A stretch of 64,000 nt of DNA from the human T2T-CHM13v2.0 reference genome, Homo sapiens. The stretch lies in NCBI RefSeq assembly GCF_009914755.1, contig NC_060927.1, one strand, 5' to 3'. The notes under the pieces were generated by a model. The model was not told the origin of the DNA and made no database searches. It saw only the letters and a list, made by a program, of their open reading frames with translations. Both the position numbers and the translations under genes were made by a program. Below are positions 63,601 to 64,000 of the stretch, piece after piece (positions within the stretch are counted from its first letter, which is position 1; every line of letters begins with the position of its first letter).

Positions 63601-64000
63601 CTGGAAGAGAAGAACAGCTGCCAGGGGCCTCTCCCTTAGAGCCCCAGCCCTGGGGCTGAGCATGTGGACATGAGAGTTAAGGGCCAGTTCAAGAAGGCAC
63701 AGGAGGGACATGGCCAAGAGGAAAGCACATGGTGCCAGAACAGATGCTGGAGCCAGAGGGCAACTCCAAATATTAACCACCTTGTGCCTCAGTTTCTTCA
63801 TCCGTAAAATGGGGATAAGAGTACCCACCTCACAGGGTGGTCATGAGAATCAAGTGAGCTAACGTGTAAGGTGGTACCTGGTGAATATCACGTAAGTTTG
63901 TAAATTAAAAACAAGCAGAGGGCTCCATGTAGCCTGGAGCTGAAGGGAGGGCTGCTGAGGGGAAACAGGATGCAGGGTGGGCTATGTTGGGTGTTGCGGA

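Overview
This is human-like genomic DNA matching the 3p21.31 KLHL18-PTPN23-SCAP interval. It is Alu-dense and the large majority of ORFs in the supplied track are Alu or GC-rich artefacts. It contains the complete 25-exon PTPN23 (HD-PTP) coding region on + (29518-61605; my exon sum is 4911 nt = 1636 aa) with its CpG-island promoter. The last five coding exons of SCAP lie on -, tail-to-tail with PTPN23. The main finding is in the apparently empty 5' part. All four exons of a heavily disabled cathelicidin-family NGP/p15 (neutrophilic granule protein) gene can be read on the minus strand (exon 1 11880-11722, exon 2 5945-5865, exon 3 about 4976-4902, exon 4 4248-4109), i.e. a probable unitary pseudogene. 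Its exon 3 is present as an inverted (fold-back) duplication forming a roughly 190-bp CpG-rich palindrome. Its intron 1 holds a full-length MST MaLR element with nested Alus and an AP-1-rich LTR10. There is also a TSD-flanked local retrocopy (Alu plus about 220 bp of flank) inserted about 2 kb from its donor. Ortholog protein sequences, synteny and repeat-family names are recalled from memory and need database confirmation.
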